Both the position numbers and the translations under genes were made by a program. Shown in pieces: positions 63,701 to 64,000 of a DNA stretch of 64,000 nt. A model generated the notes under the pieces. The model did no database searches. It saw only the letters and a program-made list of their open reading frames with translations, and had not been told where the DNA came from. Source of the stretch: an uncultured virus (IMG/VR IMGVR_UViG_3300011008_000050) (lineage: Duplodnaviria > Heunggongvirae > Uroviricota > Caudoviricetes); IMG/VR virus record IMGVR_UViG_3300011008_000050. The stretch is one strand, 5' to 3'. Each line of letters opens with the position of its first letter. The first letter of the stretch is position 1.

Positions 63701-63777
63701 TGGTGAATGGGGCAGGAGTCGAACCTGCTGTTTGCGGCTTAGGGTGCCGCAGCTCCATCCGTAGGAGTTCCCCATCC
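63701..63777 (-). tRNA. Atypical tRNA, anticodon CCT (Arg-like)
   Basis: GGATGGG GA ACTC CTACGGATG GAGC T GCGGC ACCCTAA GCCGC AAACA GCAGG TTCGACT CCTGC CCCATTC A CCA. Full cloverleaf, but lacks U8 and U33. Confidence 0.6.
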
Positions 63778-64000
63778 GATATGCCCTGCCGCTGCAGGGC
63801 GAAAAAAAAGGTTGATGGATAAAATCACAGGGCAGATGCTTCGCAGCATGTTGTTGGTGCCCGTCTAATACTTATTGAAAGTAGTCTTGATGTTTATTCT
63901 GCAGGAGTCGCAGGTCTGCGGTTCGGTATTCTACTTTGCCTGGTCGTTTGTGGCCTTCGATTTTTCCTTGGCGTACCCATCTTTCGACATTGCCTCGTCC

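Overview
The window is most of a temperate Bacteroidales (Prevotella-like) phage/prophage with podovirus-like architecture. From left to right it holds a tyrosine integrase, small terminase, putative ejection proteins and a 6433-aa DarB-like polyvalent protein (ParB-like, RNase-like, PPase-like, N6-MTase, SNF2 helicase, metallopeptidase and LPD38-like segments). Next come portal, large terminase, a rhomboid protease, scaffold, capsid, tail genes and lysis genes. A minus-strand replication/recombination arm follows, ending in three tRNA-like elements. The clearest system is a complete diversity-generating retroelement: TR 42010-42195, RT and a MutS-like accessory gene. It diversifies two targets, the tail/receptor-binding protein (VR1 40936-41121) and a remote, opposite-strand standalone domain about 12 kb away (VR2 54225-54410); all mismatches fall at TR adenines. 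Further signals are not explained by the gene calls: (1) about 30+ copies of a covarying hairpin element, all on the + strand regardless of gene direction and also inside CDSs in all three frames; (2) a 17-bp box exactly 20 nt upstream of five Bacteroidetes -7 promoter boxes; (3) three antisense promoters and three +1-frame overprinted ORFs inside the giant gene; (4) a capsid with an N-terminal hydrophobic helix encoded near a phage rhomboid protease. Product calls rest on motif recognition by eye, not database searches.
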